From assembly GCA_963733195.1 (NCBI GenBank), contig CAVTCR010000062.1, positions 1 through 64,000 on the forward strand: DNA of 64,000 nucleotides. Reading direction: 5' to 3'. The number at the start of each line of letters is the position of its first letter. The first letter of the stretch is position 1. The position numbers and the translations under genes were made by a program. Shown here in pieces: positions 33,167 to 44,267 of this stretch. The notes below the pieces were generated by a model. The model saw only the letters and a list, made by a program, of their open reading frames with translations. It was not told the origin of the DNA and did not search any database. The DNA comes from an uncultured delta proteobacterium. Its GTDB lineage: Bacteria; Desulfobacterota; Binatia; Bin18.

Positions 33167-34062
33167 TTAGGCAGAAACCTCGCATACTTCGCAGGTAGCC
33201 GCCGCATTCGCCTCAGCCCGGATGCGGTCCTCTTCAGTCTGATATTGTGGCGTGTCATGCCGTGGAGTGCGCGAATCCCCTTCTGACATCGCGGTAGGTT
33301 TCCAATCTTCATCATCCCAACGGAACGGAAGCATCTTAATTTGTCCTGGCACTGTGAGTGAGGTAAATCCTTCAAGCGCCTGGAGCATAATTTCGCGCTG
33401 TAACTCCGGCTGGTTTGGTTTCCCTGTTGTATGGCCTAGCGGATAGTCAAGAAACGCCGCTCGTGGCGGATTCCCGGCTTTGAGAATGTCAAGCGCACTA
33501 CCCATGCAAAGGTTGGGATACCAGCAGCTTCAACTTGTCGTGCGATCAGTCCCACGGACTGATGGCAGACCGGTCACACAGGGACAAGCAACGCAACATC
33601 CACTTCATCAGCGACCAGCCGTTCGACCAAACGCGGGGCAAGATCATCAGCAACCCGGCGTGTGGAATAAATACCGCCCATGAACGTATAAAAGTTGTCG
33701 GCCAACGCTCCGACCACACCTTCTTTCACTAAACGCCGGAGAGTATCAATGGGAAACACGACATTAGGGTCTTTGCGGGCATCAGTTTGATCGTAAGCAA
33801 AATGGGCGGTGCGGAGGTCAGTCGTCTTTACCGTCGTCGGAATTGCACGGAATGAAGTATCATCTTTGAAATGAAACGCTACTTGCCCAGTGACATAGAG
33901 ACCTCCAGAGGCGACCAGTCCAAGCTTGCACTGCGAGAGTGGCTTACGCATAGGCGTCCACGGTGGCACATCAGGATTGTTCACCCACTGATAGGGTTTG
34001 TATCCAAGCTTAGCGTAATTGTCTGTGATACGCCTGATATACTCAACCGGTGGTTGTGGCAT
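33167..34062 (-). CDS. Glycine/betaine/D-proline reductase selenoprotein B-like (PrdB/GrdB-like) protein with in-frame UGA (Sec) and one frameshift near 33510
   Basis: KPLSQCKLGLVASGG, DDTSFRAIP, DPNVVFPIDTL, VDVALLVPV-UGA-PVCHQSVGLIARQVEAAGIPT, then PPRAAFLDYPLG; hairpin immediately 3' of the UGA. Confidence 0.85.
33541..33573 (-). promoter_or_regulatory. Putative bacterial SECIS element
   Basis: After UGA: CCGGTC TGC-C-ATCAGTCC-GTG-GGACTGAT-C-GCA. Perfect 8-bp stem with a G-starting apical loop 18 nt from the UGA. Confidence 0.75.
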
Positions 34063-34120
34063 GGGTACCTCCTGAGGCCCTCTAATGTACGGATTTCGCA
34101 GAGGAATGCAAAGGATGGCA

Positions 34121-34469
34121 CTAAGCTTTCTCCGGTGGGATGATTTGTTCTAGCATGACTATCAATGCTGGCAGGTCTACAGTCAGCACTTGCCAGAGAA
34201 TGTCGAAGTTGATGGAATCATAGCCATGGACCAACCGGTTACGAAGTCCAATGATTTGCTCCCAAGGGATTGCTGCATGATGTTCACGTTCAGCTTTTGA
34301 GACGCGATTTGCCGCCTCGCCAACAATCTGCGACGAGTTGGATGAGTGCAAGAGTGAGCATCCGGTTGCTATTAAGATCGACACGAGTGTGAGGCTGGGC
34401 CATAACAACGGCTTCACGAGCGTGGTCAAGCATCTGACGCAAACTGACGGAATCGTCATGACGCGACAT
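34121..34469 (-). CDS. HepT-like HEPN (DUF86) toxin (frameshift near 34330)
   Basis: LRQMLDHAREA, IVGEAANRVS, IPW.QI.GLRNRLVHGY (RX4H), ILW. Confidence 0.87.
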
Positions 34470-34767
34470 AAACGGCCTCCGCCTCCGCAAGAACTTCATC
34501 GCGGAAATATCGACTCAAGCATTGGGGAGTATTGAGATCGACAGGATATCCAAGGACCTGAGAAAGTTCATCTTGCATGGCAAAAAAAGCCCAACCAGGT
34601 GTCTTACCTGGCTCAAACTCTACCAGGACATCGACATCACTGTCCGGGCGGAAGTCATCACGCAGCACCGAACCAAACAGCGCTAATTTGCGGATGTGGT
34701 GCTTACGGCAGAACTCGGCAATCCGTTCTTTGGGGATAGAAATTTTCGCCTTGGTATTCATTGCCAT
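34456..34767 (-). CDS. Minimal nucleotidyltransferase (MntA-type antitoxin)
   Basis: LFGSVLRDDFRPDSDVDVLVEF (GSX10DXD). Confidence 0.92.
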   Translation of the reverse strand: MAMNTKAKISIPKERIAEFCRKHHIRKLALFGSVLRDDFRPDSDVDVLVEFEPGKTPGWAFFAMQDELSQVLGYPVDLNTPQCLSRYFRDEVLAEAEAVYVAS

Positions 34768-34773
34768 TGAACC

Positions 34774-37700
34774 TTAAAGCCTTCTAGACTCTAGACTGTC
34801 GAGCAGCATCTTCGCCTCTTGTAAGTCTCTCGTATCAAATCCTTCCGTGAACCAGTTATAGACCTCGAACAACAGCTTGTGAGCTTCAGCCTTCTTTTCC
34901 TGCTGCTGCCACAAGCGGGCGAGACTCATAGCGGCACGGAGTTCCAGGGATTTTGCTTGTTGCTTGCGCGCGATTTCAATCGCCTTCAGGAAGCACTCTT
35001 CTGGAGACGATGAGGTGACTGGGTGACTGGGTGACTGGACGACTTCTTTTTCTTCTCCCGTTCGCCCCATCTCCCGTTCGCCCATTCGGAGCGATAGCTC
35101 CCCATACAGCCGATACAGCTCGGCCTCGCTGAAACGTTCCCCAGTTTTGTCCACCGCAGCCAGCGCCTCGGCTACCACACTCAGCCCTTCCTCTACTTGC
35201 CCCGCTTTCCCATACACTTCGGCCAGCCGGGGAAGAAGAGCTATCCGCACCAGCTCTGCTCCCATGATCCGAAAGGCAGCTAGGCCCTGCTGCATCTGCG
35301 CAATGCCTTCTTCCACCTGCCCCTGCTCGACCAGCGCCCCGCCTCGGACTACAGTCCCCTGCGCCAACCAAAATGGAAACCCCTGCTCGGTTGAGAGTGT
35401 CATCACTGCCTCTGCTCGCTCTCGGGCTGCTCTGCCACTCTCGACGGAGAGCTATGAAGCCAGGCAGCAAACCCCAAGGCAAGAGCCAGACTAAAGGGAA
35501 GAGACAACTCCTGCGGCCAAGGCCAGTGCCTCCTGGCTCCTCTTCAGCGCTTGGTCTGGATAGCCCAGAAGCCACAGGGTCACGGATGCATAGGAGAGGC
35601 ATGTCACCCTCGGGTCTGCCCGACAGCGGTAGGGGGAGGGTGCTGCTGGGGGTCATAGAGAGCTATGCCTTGCTCCAAGTGTGGCCGTGCAGAGGTCAAC
35701 TCTCCAAGCCAGTACAAGGTGCCCCCTAGTGCCATGGTGAGCCACTGAAGGAGATGCCGGGCTTGGACGCTCTGGGCCAGGCTGCATCAGCTGCTCCGCC
35801 AGCTCACGTGCCGTCTTGTAACTCCCCCCGAGTTCTGATAAAATAGATACAGACTCCCCAGCACCGGGAAGAGCTGAGGCGTCTCCCCTACCTGCTGGCA
35901 CAGCTCCCGCGCCCGGCGTAAGCTGTTGCCACTTCTGGGGCCGCAAAGCCTTTGCACGGATCAGAGCACCGTCCAAGGCGAGCTGTAGAGTGAGTTCTTG
36001 CTGGGCACGCTCTGGAGTGTCCGGCAAGGTCTTAAGTAACTCCAATCCCTTAGTGAGGTGGCTGATCGCCTCGACGTTGGCCGAGCGCTGGACGGCTCTC
36101 TCACCGGCCTTATGCCAATAGGGAATAGCTGTGCTCGATAAGACCTGCCTCGGTGTAGTGATGCGCCAGCAGTTCGGGCTGAGCTTCTTTCACCTCTGGA
36201 AACTTCGCTTCCAGCACTTGCGCAATCTTAGTGTGATATTGCTGTCGGGTGCGTTTCAACAACGACTGATAGGCCGCATCCTGAATCAGCGCATGTTTGA
36301 AGCTGTATTGCGCTTGTGGGGGTAGACCATACTGATAAACGAGTTCGGCTTCGACCAATCGACGGAGTTCTGCCTGTAACGTCTCTTCATCCAACGGCGA
36401 AACAGCCTGGAGTAACTCATAGGAAAATTCTCGTCCCAGGGTCGCTCCAAGTTGGGCTATCGCTTTAGCATCTCCGAGCCGGTCGAGCCGGGCCATCAAC
36501 GAATCCTGCAACGTGGTAGGAATGGCAAGCGCTTGTAGGGGCGCACGGCCGTGCGCCCCTACAGATTCCACCACCGTCTTGGTCAACTCTTCGACAAAGA
36601 GGGGAATGCCATCAGTCTTCGTCACTATTTGTTGTACGACCTCGATTGGCAGAGCCTTACCGCTCGTCACTCTCTCTACCATCTCCTCAACCTGCGGATG
36701 GCCTAAGCGGCCCAGCGTGATCTGGCCCATGTGCGAGCGCAGAGGCCAAGGAGGACGAAACTCCGGACGAAAGGTCAATAGGGCGAGCATTCGGGTGGTA
36801 GGCACCTGGTCGAGGTAAAGCTGGAGCAGTTCCAGCGTAGAAGGATCGGCCCAGTGCAGGTCTTCCCAGATACTGGACACAGCCTTCCGCTCGGCCTCCT
36901 CTATAATCCACGCTACTAACGCTTCCTGGGTGCGCTGCTTCTGCTTCTGCGGACTCAGAGTAATAGGTTGATGGCCCTCAGGATGGGGAAGCGATAACAG
37001 TGCAGCAAACAGCGGGACCGTGTCCGTCTGGGAAAAATGATATTGTATCAGGACTTTTTGGAGCTTTTCGATCTTGGTCTGGGGTGTATCTTCCCGATCA
37101 AATTGCAATACTCGCTGCAGGTGCTCGATGACGGGGTACCAGGCAGTGTTCTGGTAATAGGGAGAGCAGCGAAACTCGATCGCTGTCGCTCCGTCTTGGA
37201 TGACGTCCTCTTTCAGCGCCTGTACGAGCCGAGATTTGCCAATGCCTGGCTCCCCGCTGAGCAACACCACCTGGCCGTCCCCCTGCCTGGCTCTTGCCCA
37301 CCGCTCTCGTAGCAACCCTACTTCGTCGTCACGCCCGATAAGCGGTGTGAGTCCTTTGCGCACCACGACTTCAAACCGGCTCCGGGCTTCATCCTCCTTG
37401 ACCACGCGATAGAGCATCAGCGGGACCGACACCCCTTTGAGTTCTGGCTGCCCACGCTCTTCACAGACAAACAAGCCTTCGACCAGCCGATACGTAGCTG
37501 CACTAATCACTACTTCATCTGGGTTGGCTTGTCCCTGGATGCGCGCGGCAAGGTTCGGTGTCTCGCCCACGATGGCCAGGTGTTCGGGCTGATCTGTGGT
37601 TCCCATCTCGCCCGCGACAACTAACCCGGTGTGAATGCCGATGCGGACTTGGAGCTTCCTCCCCACCTCATCGCTGCCAAATCCCCCGCGCTCCGCGCGG

Positions 37701-38354
37701 CCCCTTTCCACCTGTGGCCGGTGGCAGGCAAAGGGGGCATTGGATCCCCCCTTAGCTGGGATTTCGCCGTCCGGATGGGGAAAGGAGACCGCTTTTGTAG
37801 GGCCGCGATGATCTCCAATCCTGCCCACACGGCGCGGGCCGCATCGTCTTCGTGGGCCACAGGGTAACCGAAGTACACCAGCAGCCCATCGCCCATATAC
37901 TTGGCCAGATGCCCGCCAAAGCGGTTGATCACGGTTCCGCAGAGTCGCTGATACTCTCGCTCCACTTCACGCAGATCTTCAGGGTCCAGTTGGGTCGAGA
38001 GGGCGGTGGAACCAACCAGGTCACAAAACATCACCGTCAATTGCCGCCTTTCGGCGGCAGAGTCTAGGGTCTGACGTCTAGGGTCTAGCGTCTGACGGCT
38101 GAGATAGTTCGAAGTTGCCGTTCGGGTCGCTAGACGCGGGACTGCGAGAACTTGGAACTGGCGAAGTGCCCGACCCAAACTAACACCTTGCCTTCTTCGT
38201 CAACGGCCAGATGCTTAGCGTCGATGAGTTCAGCTTTGAGATCCTCTATGTACTCGTCGTCTAGTGCGAATCTCCGCTTCAGCGCGCGATACGACACCCG
38301 GCCCTCGCGCTGGAGCAGCTCAGTCACCTGCGTTAGTGCCTCATCGAATGTCAT
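34774..38354 (-). CDS. Class III adenylate/guanylate cyclase - AAA ATPase - TPR protein (several frameshifts)
   Basis: [90 protein letters not shown]. Confidence 0.88.
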
Positions 38355-38394
38355 CTCCGTCCGCCTCTAATTTTTTCTCTGCTTGTAGGCTCGT

Positions 38395-38802
38395 TTACTT
38401 CGTCGAGAAAAACTCCAGAAAGTTTCCCTCATAGTCATAGACCACCGGAACTAAACCAAAGGGACCACGTTCTTCGCGGCGGATCTCAACACCGTGCTTC
38501 TGGGCAATGGCGGCCAGTTGGTCATACGACTTATCAGTGGAAAATGCGACGTGGCCAAAAGGTTGATGGCGGGCCGGATCACTCGTGGTGAATCCTCCCT
38601 GCCAGTGTTTATCTTGCGGCCAGAATTCCAGGTAATCCGCCAAAGGATCCTGTTGCCCACGGCCAAAAGTGACGGCTTTCACTCCAGCAGGACGCAGGAC
38701 CGGTCCAGGGTCGGTCGCAGTACCGTTTAATAGTTCAGCATAGAGTGCGGCTGAACGTTCAGGGTCCTTCACACGAAACGACATATGAAGAAGCGTTGCC
38801 AT
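38395..38802 (-). CDS. VOC (glyoxalase/bleomycin resistance) family protein
   Basis: LLHMSFRVKDPERSAALY, HVAF, DYEGNFLEF. Confidence 0.8.
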   Translation of the reverse strand: MATLLHMSFRVKDPERSAALYAELLNGTATDPGPVLRPAGVKAVTFGRGQQDPLADYLEFWPQDKHWQGGFTTSDPARHQPFGHVAFSTDKSYDQLAAIAQKHGVEIRREERGPFGLVPVVYDYEGNFLEFFSTK

Positions 38803-38825
38803 AATAATTCCCTCCTTTTCTTGTG

Positions 38826-39812
38826 TTATCTGATCCTGACAAACTTCTGCAACGAGTGACAATCCAGTGGAATTAAGCCTTGTTTTCCACCGGCGCTGTA
38901 ATTGACCTCACTCACATAGAGATCTCCACGCGAGTCCGACCAAATGCCATGCGGCGCGAAGAAGTTCCCCGGCGCAACCCCATCCTCACCACCAAAGCGA
39001 GTTTGTACTTCTCCATCAAGCGTAAGGACACTGACACAAGCATGCGGCTGATGGGGCGGCACTGCGGCTCCCATTCCAGCTGGCATCGCGGCCACACGAA
39101 ATCCCAGTTCCGCCACAAAGAGATTCTCGTCAGCATCAATGTACAAATCGTCGGGTCGCTGCACATGTGTCCAGGAGGTGATGTAGGTGCCGTCACCTTT
39201 GAACACCTGAATACGTGAGTTCTCACGATCTGCCACGTATACCGTTCCACGACGGTCAACGGCAATTGCATGTGGAAGTTTGAACTGTCCAGGACCACTT
39301 CCCGGTTCCCCCCATGAAAACAACAATTCCCAGGTTGGAGAAAAGACATGGACTCTAGCATTGCCATAGCCATCGGCAACGTACAAATTGCCATTCGGTG
39401 CCAGAGCAACATTGGTCACCATGTTAAACGGTCCAGCCGCGCGCTGCACAGGTGTATCCCACGCTTTGAAGCCAGTTGCAGCGGGTTTGTCTTTTTCGCC
39501 GAGAGTTTGCAACAAGGTGCCATCAGGAGTGAAGATACGAACGGTATGGTCGAAGTTGTCGGCACAGTAAATACGGTCATCAGGACCGATGAAGATGCCG
39601 TGCGCATTGGTGAACACTCCCTCCCCCCATGCAGTCAGAAACTTGCCGTCGCGATCGAAGACGATCATCGGATGCGCACCACGATTGAAGGCATACACAC
39701 GGTCTTGTGAATCTGTGGCAACCCCCGCCACCTCCACAAACGACCAGCCTTCGGGAAGTTGTTCCCACCCTTGGCGGACCTCATATTCAAGTTTGTTTCT
39801 ACCTAGTGCCAT
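38826..39812 (-). CDS. NHL-repeat / peptidyl-alpha-hydroxyglycine alpha-amidating lyase family protein
   Basis: GVATDSQDRVY, YVADGYGNARVH, GPGQFKLPHAI, VADRENSRIQ, APHGIW.DSRGDLYV.EV. Confidence 0.88.
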   Translation of the reverse strand: MALGRNKLEYEVRQGWEQLPEGWSFVEVAGVATDSQDRVYAFNRGAHPMIVFDRDGKFLTAWGEGVFTNAHGIFIGPDDRIYCADNFDHTVRIFTPDGTLLQTLGEKDKPAATGFKAWDTPVQRAAGPFNMVTNVALAPNGNLYVADGYGNARVHVFSPTWELLFSWGEPGSGPGQFKLPHAIAVDRRGTVYVADRENSRIQVFKGDGTYITSWTHVQRPDDLYIDADENLFVAELGFRVAAMPAGMGAAVPPHQPHACVSVLTLDGEVQTRFGGEDGVAPGNFFAPHGIWSDSRGDLYVSEVNYSAGGKQGLIPLDCHSLQKFVRIR

Positions 39813-39985
39813 AAACACCTCCTTTCGACTTGCTTTTTCCCTACTCTGGCCACTACCATAAGATTACCCTGTCGAGAAGGGTGAAACTCGGCAGGGTTCT
39901 GCTACCGTTTTCGAGACGAAAGGATGGAGGAGCTGCCCGAGGTCGGTTCTTCACTCAGGCGCTAAGCTTTTTCGCATTGCTCGCC

Positions 39986-42637
39986 ATGTATGATCGCTGG
40001 CTCACTAGGGTCACTGTCGGGTTTGCTTCTGCACTGCTCATTGTCGGAGCGATCGGTATTGTCTCGTACCGGAGCACTGCAGGGTTAGCAGAAACGACAG
40101 CGCAAGTAACTCGTAGCCATGCCATTATTGTCGCGTTTGAGACGTTGTTGTCTCTGCTCAAAGACGCGCAACGGGGAGCGCTTGGGTATATCCTCACCGG
40201 TGATCAGCGGAACTTGGAACCTTACTATGCCGCCGTCGAAGGGACGGGCCGGCAGCTCGACAAACTTCGTAGCCTCGCGGGCGAGAATGTCACCGATCAG
40301 CAACGACTCCAACAACTCCAGCCGCTTATCGCTCGCGCACTTGCTGAGATGAAAAAGGACCTTGAGTTCCGCACTACCCGTGGAGCTAATGCTGCCGTAC
40401 GGGAACTCCAGCAGAGACAGACATGGAAGAGTACCGATGAAATTACTCGTCTCATTTGGGATATGGAAGCTGAGGAAATGCGTATACTCTCTAGGCGAGA
40501 GAATGCAGCGGAACGACGAACTCGCTGGACGATTTGGGTTATCGTTCTCGGTAATGTGATCGTTTTTGCATTAGTTTCCTTAGGCATTATGATCGTGCGC
40601 TCCGAACTCACCGCACGGCGACGAGCCGAAGCTGAAAGTCTCCAAGCTAAAGAGGCAGCAGAAGTCGCCAATCGCGCAAAGAGTGAGTTCCTCGCTGGCA
40701 TGAGTCATGAGATTCGGACACCTCTGAATGCCATCATTGGAATGGGAGACCTCCTGAGCGAGACCTCGCTCTCACTTGAACAACGAGAATACGTTCGGAT
40801 TACGCGAACCGCAGGCGATACGCTACTCAGCGTCGTCAATGACATTCTTGATTTCTCGAAAGTCGAAGCGGGTCGAGTGGAGGTGGAGCAAGTTCCTTTT
40901 AACCTCCATGAACTTATCGAAAGTACCTGTGAGGTGATGGCGATCCGTGCCCACGAAAAAGGGCTCGAACTCTGCTGTCATCTCCCAGAAACCGTTCCAT
41001 CTCTCACAGTTGGGGACCCTTTTCGTCTCCGACAGGTTCTCGTCAACCTACTGGCAAATGCCATCAAGTTCACCGAACATGGTGAAGTCGTCATTGAAGT
41101 CCAAAACTACACAAAGACTGGGAGCTGGAGATTAGCGACTGATTTCTCTTCCCTGCCAGCCTCAGGCTTTCACACTCTCCAACCAGCAACCAACAGCCAG
41201 CAACCAGCAACCTGTACGCTACGTTTCTCCGTGCGTGATACCGGTATTGGAATCGCATCGGATAAACTTTCGATAATTTTCGACAGCTTTACGCAAGCTG
41301 ACTCTTCGACGACTCGGCGCTATGGCGGAACTGGACTCGGGCTGGCAATCACAAAACGTTTAGTTGAACTTATGGAGGGACGTATTGGGGTGGAAAGTCA
41401 GATTGGGCACGGAAGTACGTTTTTCTTTACGATTCCGCTCCAACTGCAAGTGGAGGCTCAGAGTCCGGTATTCACCCCATCCCTCCAGCTAGCAGGCCTG
41501 AAAGTGCTCGTCGTTGACGATAATGCAACGACACGCAGGGTCATTCGCGAGATCCTTTCTTCTCACGGAGTGACGGTGCACGATGTCGCTTCTGGAAGCG
41601 ACGGGATAGCAGCCCTCACACAGCAAAGTGAGGAAGGCGTGCCATACCAACTATTGCTTCTTGATAGTGACATCCCGGCAGAAGAAAGCTTTGAGATAGT
41701 CTATAAATGCCAGATGCAATCCAACCTGGGAAGTCTCAAGATTCTTATGCTGATTACTGCGGGGCACAGTCGGGACATTTCACGCTGTCAAGCGCTCCGG
41801 ATCCCTTCTGTTATCAAACCCATCAAAAGAGAAAGATTCCTTACGGCTATTCATGAAGTCCTCAACGAAGCACCCGTTCAGCCTACGTCCTCTCCACTTC
41901 ACTCATCACAAGGAACATCGGCCTTCCAACGCTCCTTACACATTCTGCTCGTGGACGACGATACCTACAATCGTGTCGTGATCCAAGCTTACCTGCAACA
42001 CTCTCCGCACCGAATCACAACTGCAGAGAATGGTCGAGTTGCTATCGAGAAGTTCAAAGCCGCTCCTTACGATATCGTCCTCATGGACATTCATATGCCA
42101 GATCTTGATGGTCCTTCTGCTGTACGGACCATGAGAGCGTGGGAACGCAAACGCCAACAATCCCCTGTCCCGATCGTTGCCGTCACTGCCTCTGCAGTAA
42201 AAGAGGAGTTGCAAGAGTGTCTGAACGCCGGATTTACTGCGCACGTGACGAAACCGATCAAGAAGCAAAGACTCATCGAAACACTTGATCGTTACGGAGG
42301 TGGAGGCTCTGCTTTCTCATCACAAGAATCTGACTCTGACAGGCTCGTGCAAGTCAACATTTCTCAGAGTATTCGCTCCATCATCCCACAGTATCTGCAA
42401 GATCAACGTGGAGCTGCCACCTCGATTCTGGTGGCGTTAGAACAGCGAGACTATCAGACGATTCGGGAGCTTGGTCACAAGATGCGTGGCTCTGGGGGCA
42501 GTTTTGGGTTTGATGCCCTCACCAATATTGGTCAAAGCTTAGAAGAAGCGGCCCAGAGCAAAAACCAAGAGGCTATTCGGCACTGGCACCATGAACTCAG
42601 TCGCTATCTTGACCGAGTAGAGGTTGTATATCACTAG
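39986..42637 (+). CDS. Hybrid sensor histidine kinase (CHASE3, HisKA, HATPase, 2 REC, Hpt)
   Basis: [13 protein letters not shown] (CHASE3), [41 protein letters not shown]. Confidence 0.92.
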   Translation: MYDRWLTRVTVGFASALLIVGAIGIVSYRSTAGLAETTAQVTRSHAIIVAFETLLSLLKDAQRGALGYILTGDQRNLEPYYAAVEGTGRQLDKLRSLAGENVTDQQRLQQLQPLIARALAEMKKDLEFRTTRGANAAVRELQQRQTWKSTDEITRLIWDMEAEEMRILSRRENAAERRTRWTIWVIVLGNVIVFALVSLGIMIVRSELTARRRAEAESLQAKEAAEVANRAKSEFLAGMSHEIRTPLNAIIGMGDLLSETSLSLEQREYVRITRTAGDTLLSVVNDILDFSKVEAGRVEVEQVPFNLHELIESTCEVMAIRAHEKGLELCCHLPETVPSLTVGDPFRLRQVLVNLLANAIKFTEHGEVVIEVQNYTKTGSWRLATDFSSLPASGFHTLQPATNSQQPATCTLRFSVRDTGIGIASDKLSIIFDSFTQADSSTTRRYGGTGLGLAITKRLVELMEGRIGVESQIGHGSTFFFTIPLQLQVEAQSPVFTPSLQLAGLKVLVVDDNATTRRVIREILSSHGVTVHDVASGSDGIAALTQQSEEGVPYQLLLLDSDIPAEESFEIVYKCQMQSNLGSLKILMLITAGHSRDISRCQALRIPSVIKPIKRERFLTAIHEVLNEAPVQPTSSPLHSSQGTSAFQRSLHILLVDDDTYNRVVIQAYLQHSPHRITTAENGRVAIEKFKAAPYDIVLMDIHMPDLDGPSAVRTMRAWERKRQQSPVPIVAVTASAVKEELQECLNAGFTAHVTKPIKKQRLIETLDRYGGGGSAFSSQESDSDRLVQVNISQSIRSIIPQYLQDQRGAATSILVALEQRDYQTIRELGHKMRGSGGSFGFDALTNIGQSLEEAAQSKNQEAIRHWHHELSRYLDRVEVVYH

Positions 42638-42685
42638 CTGTTGATAATCAGTGTGAACATCTTAACGGATCGACTTCGCAGTTAC

Positions 42686-43471
42686 TTATCCACGTCTTTC
42701 CTTCTCATCCAACAGGTGAACGATTGCTGTGTGTCCTTGACTATCAGCAAGGGCCCGTGCATGCTTTCTTTCACTCCGGTGTCGCGCTTCTCCCTTTTGA
42801 GATCTCAGCAGGATCGCTACCGTCTCGGTATGCCCTTGCCATGCCGCATACATGAGCGCCGTCCAATTCTGGAAATCAATGACAGTCGGATCGGCTGCCA
42901 CTCGCAATAATTCCGCAGTGATCACAGTATGCCCTTTCCAAGCGGCATACATGAGCGCTGTCCACCCTCCCATGGTTTTCGTATTTACCTGCACTCCTCG
43001 GTCGAGCAACAGATGAACCATTTCCTTATGCCCGTTGTTTGCCGCCAGCATGAGGGCGGTGATCCCTTTGGCATTTTTTGCATTTGGGTCTGCACCATGC
43101 GCATATAACACAGGGATCAGAGAAATACGGTTATGAAGTGCCGCCAACATTAATGGAGTCCAACCTTGCTGGTCTGTTGTATTCGCAGAAACTCCAGCGA
43201 CCAACAACGCTTTGGCCTGATCGTCCTCCCCAAATTCGATGCTCCGCAATAGCTCTTGCTCATGGGGCACGAGATTTGAAGTGACTTGCCCTGAGCGTAC
43301 CATTAGTGTCTGGTGAGGCACGGTTGAGTACATATCACTACGTCTTCGTGAGTCTGTTACTGATGAAGCAAACGTTCGCCCATTTGCGCTTATGCCGATC
43401 AGCAGCATCACTCCCAGTGTAAAATCCGCCCATCGCCATCCGAGTCCTGAAAACGGCCGAAGTCTCGACAT
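42686..43471 (-). CDS. Ankyrin repeat protein
   Basis: GWTPLMLAA, GITALMLAA.NGH, GWTALMYAAWKGH repeats; start uncertain. Confidence 0.88.
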   Translation of the reverse strand: MSRLRPFSGLGWRWADFTLGVMLLIGISANGRTFASSVTDSRRRSDMYSTVPHQTLMVRSGQVTSNLVPHEQELLRSIEFGEDDQAKALLVAGVSANTTDQQGWTPLMLAALHNRISLIPVLYAHGADPNAKNAKGITALMLAANNGHKEMVHLLLDRGVQVNTKTMGGWTALMYAAWKGHTVITAELLRVAADPTVIDFQNWTALMYAAWQGHTETVAILLRSQKGEARHRSERKHARALADSQGHTAIVHLLDEKERRG

Positions 43472-43560
43472 TGCACATCCTATCCATTCTTTTCCTCTCG
43501 TCATACCCACATCAGCTCCATCATCCCGAAAGTGACAACCTCGCGCATCTATGCTCGTCT

Positions 43561-44049
43561 TCACTCTTTTTCGATCACAATCTCGACACGACGGTTCCTC
43601 GCCCGCCCTTCTGGGTTATCCGTACCGTCGGGATTCGTATTAGGCGCGACTGGGCGCTCTTCACCATACCCATGTGTGGTTACGCGCTCGCGCCGTAAAC
43701 TATTCACAATGAGTTCATTCGCTACGGTTTCGGCACGGGCTAGTGCCAACGCACGGTTGGCCTCTAGTTGACCAACCGCGTCGGCGTGCCCCTCAACGAC
43801 AAGATTCCTCTTCTCTGCGCGTGGATGGTTGAGGATCACAGCTATCGCATCAACCGTTTTGCGTGCTTCAGGGTTGAGATCCGCACTGCCAAACGTGAAA
43901 AATACGTATGGAAGAGTAACGACGACGCCTCTGTCCGTTTCTTGGACGTCAAGCTGTTGTTCACGTAATTTAGTGACAAGATCCCATTGTTCCGCGCATC
44001 CGGCAAGGAACAGGGCAAGAAAAACAACCCCAGCCAACCGCACCATCAC
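43561..44049 (-). CDS. OmpA-family peptidoglycan-binding lipoprotein
   Basis: Lipobox LAGC, VEGHAD, N..L...RA, GYGE..P, NRRVEI. Confidence 0.9.
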   Translation of the reverse strand: MMVRLAGVVFLALFLAGCAEQWDLVTKLREQQLDVQETDRGVVVTLPYVFFTFGSADLNPEARKTVDAIAVILNHPRAEKRNLVVEGHADAVGQLEANRALALARAETVANELIVNSLRRERVTTHGYGEERPVAPNTNPDGTDNPEGRARNRRVEIVIEKE

Positions 44050-44267
44050 ACCACCTCCCCTTCATCCTCATCCACTCATCTCACTCCAATAGCGTAGGGT
44101 CGAGGTGCGGAAAGTATAGCTTCTTCTTTTTTGCTTGTCGAACTTTCGTAATAATGACCCACCCCCAGATTTCGTGCGGCTGTCAGACTTGCGATGGGAA
44201 GCAGAGCGAGGTAGGTTCTCACAGGCTCTTATCTTTTTTTCTCAGCTCCCTAAGAAGGAGGCACGTG

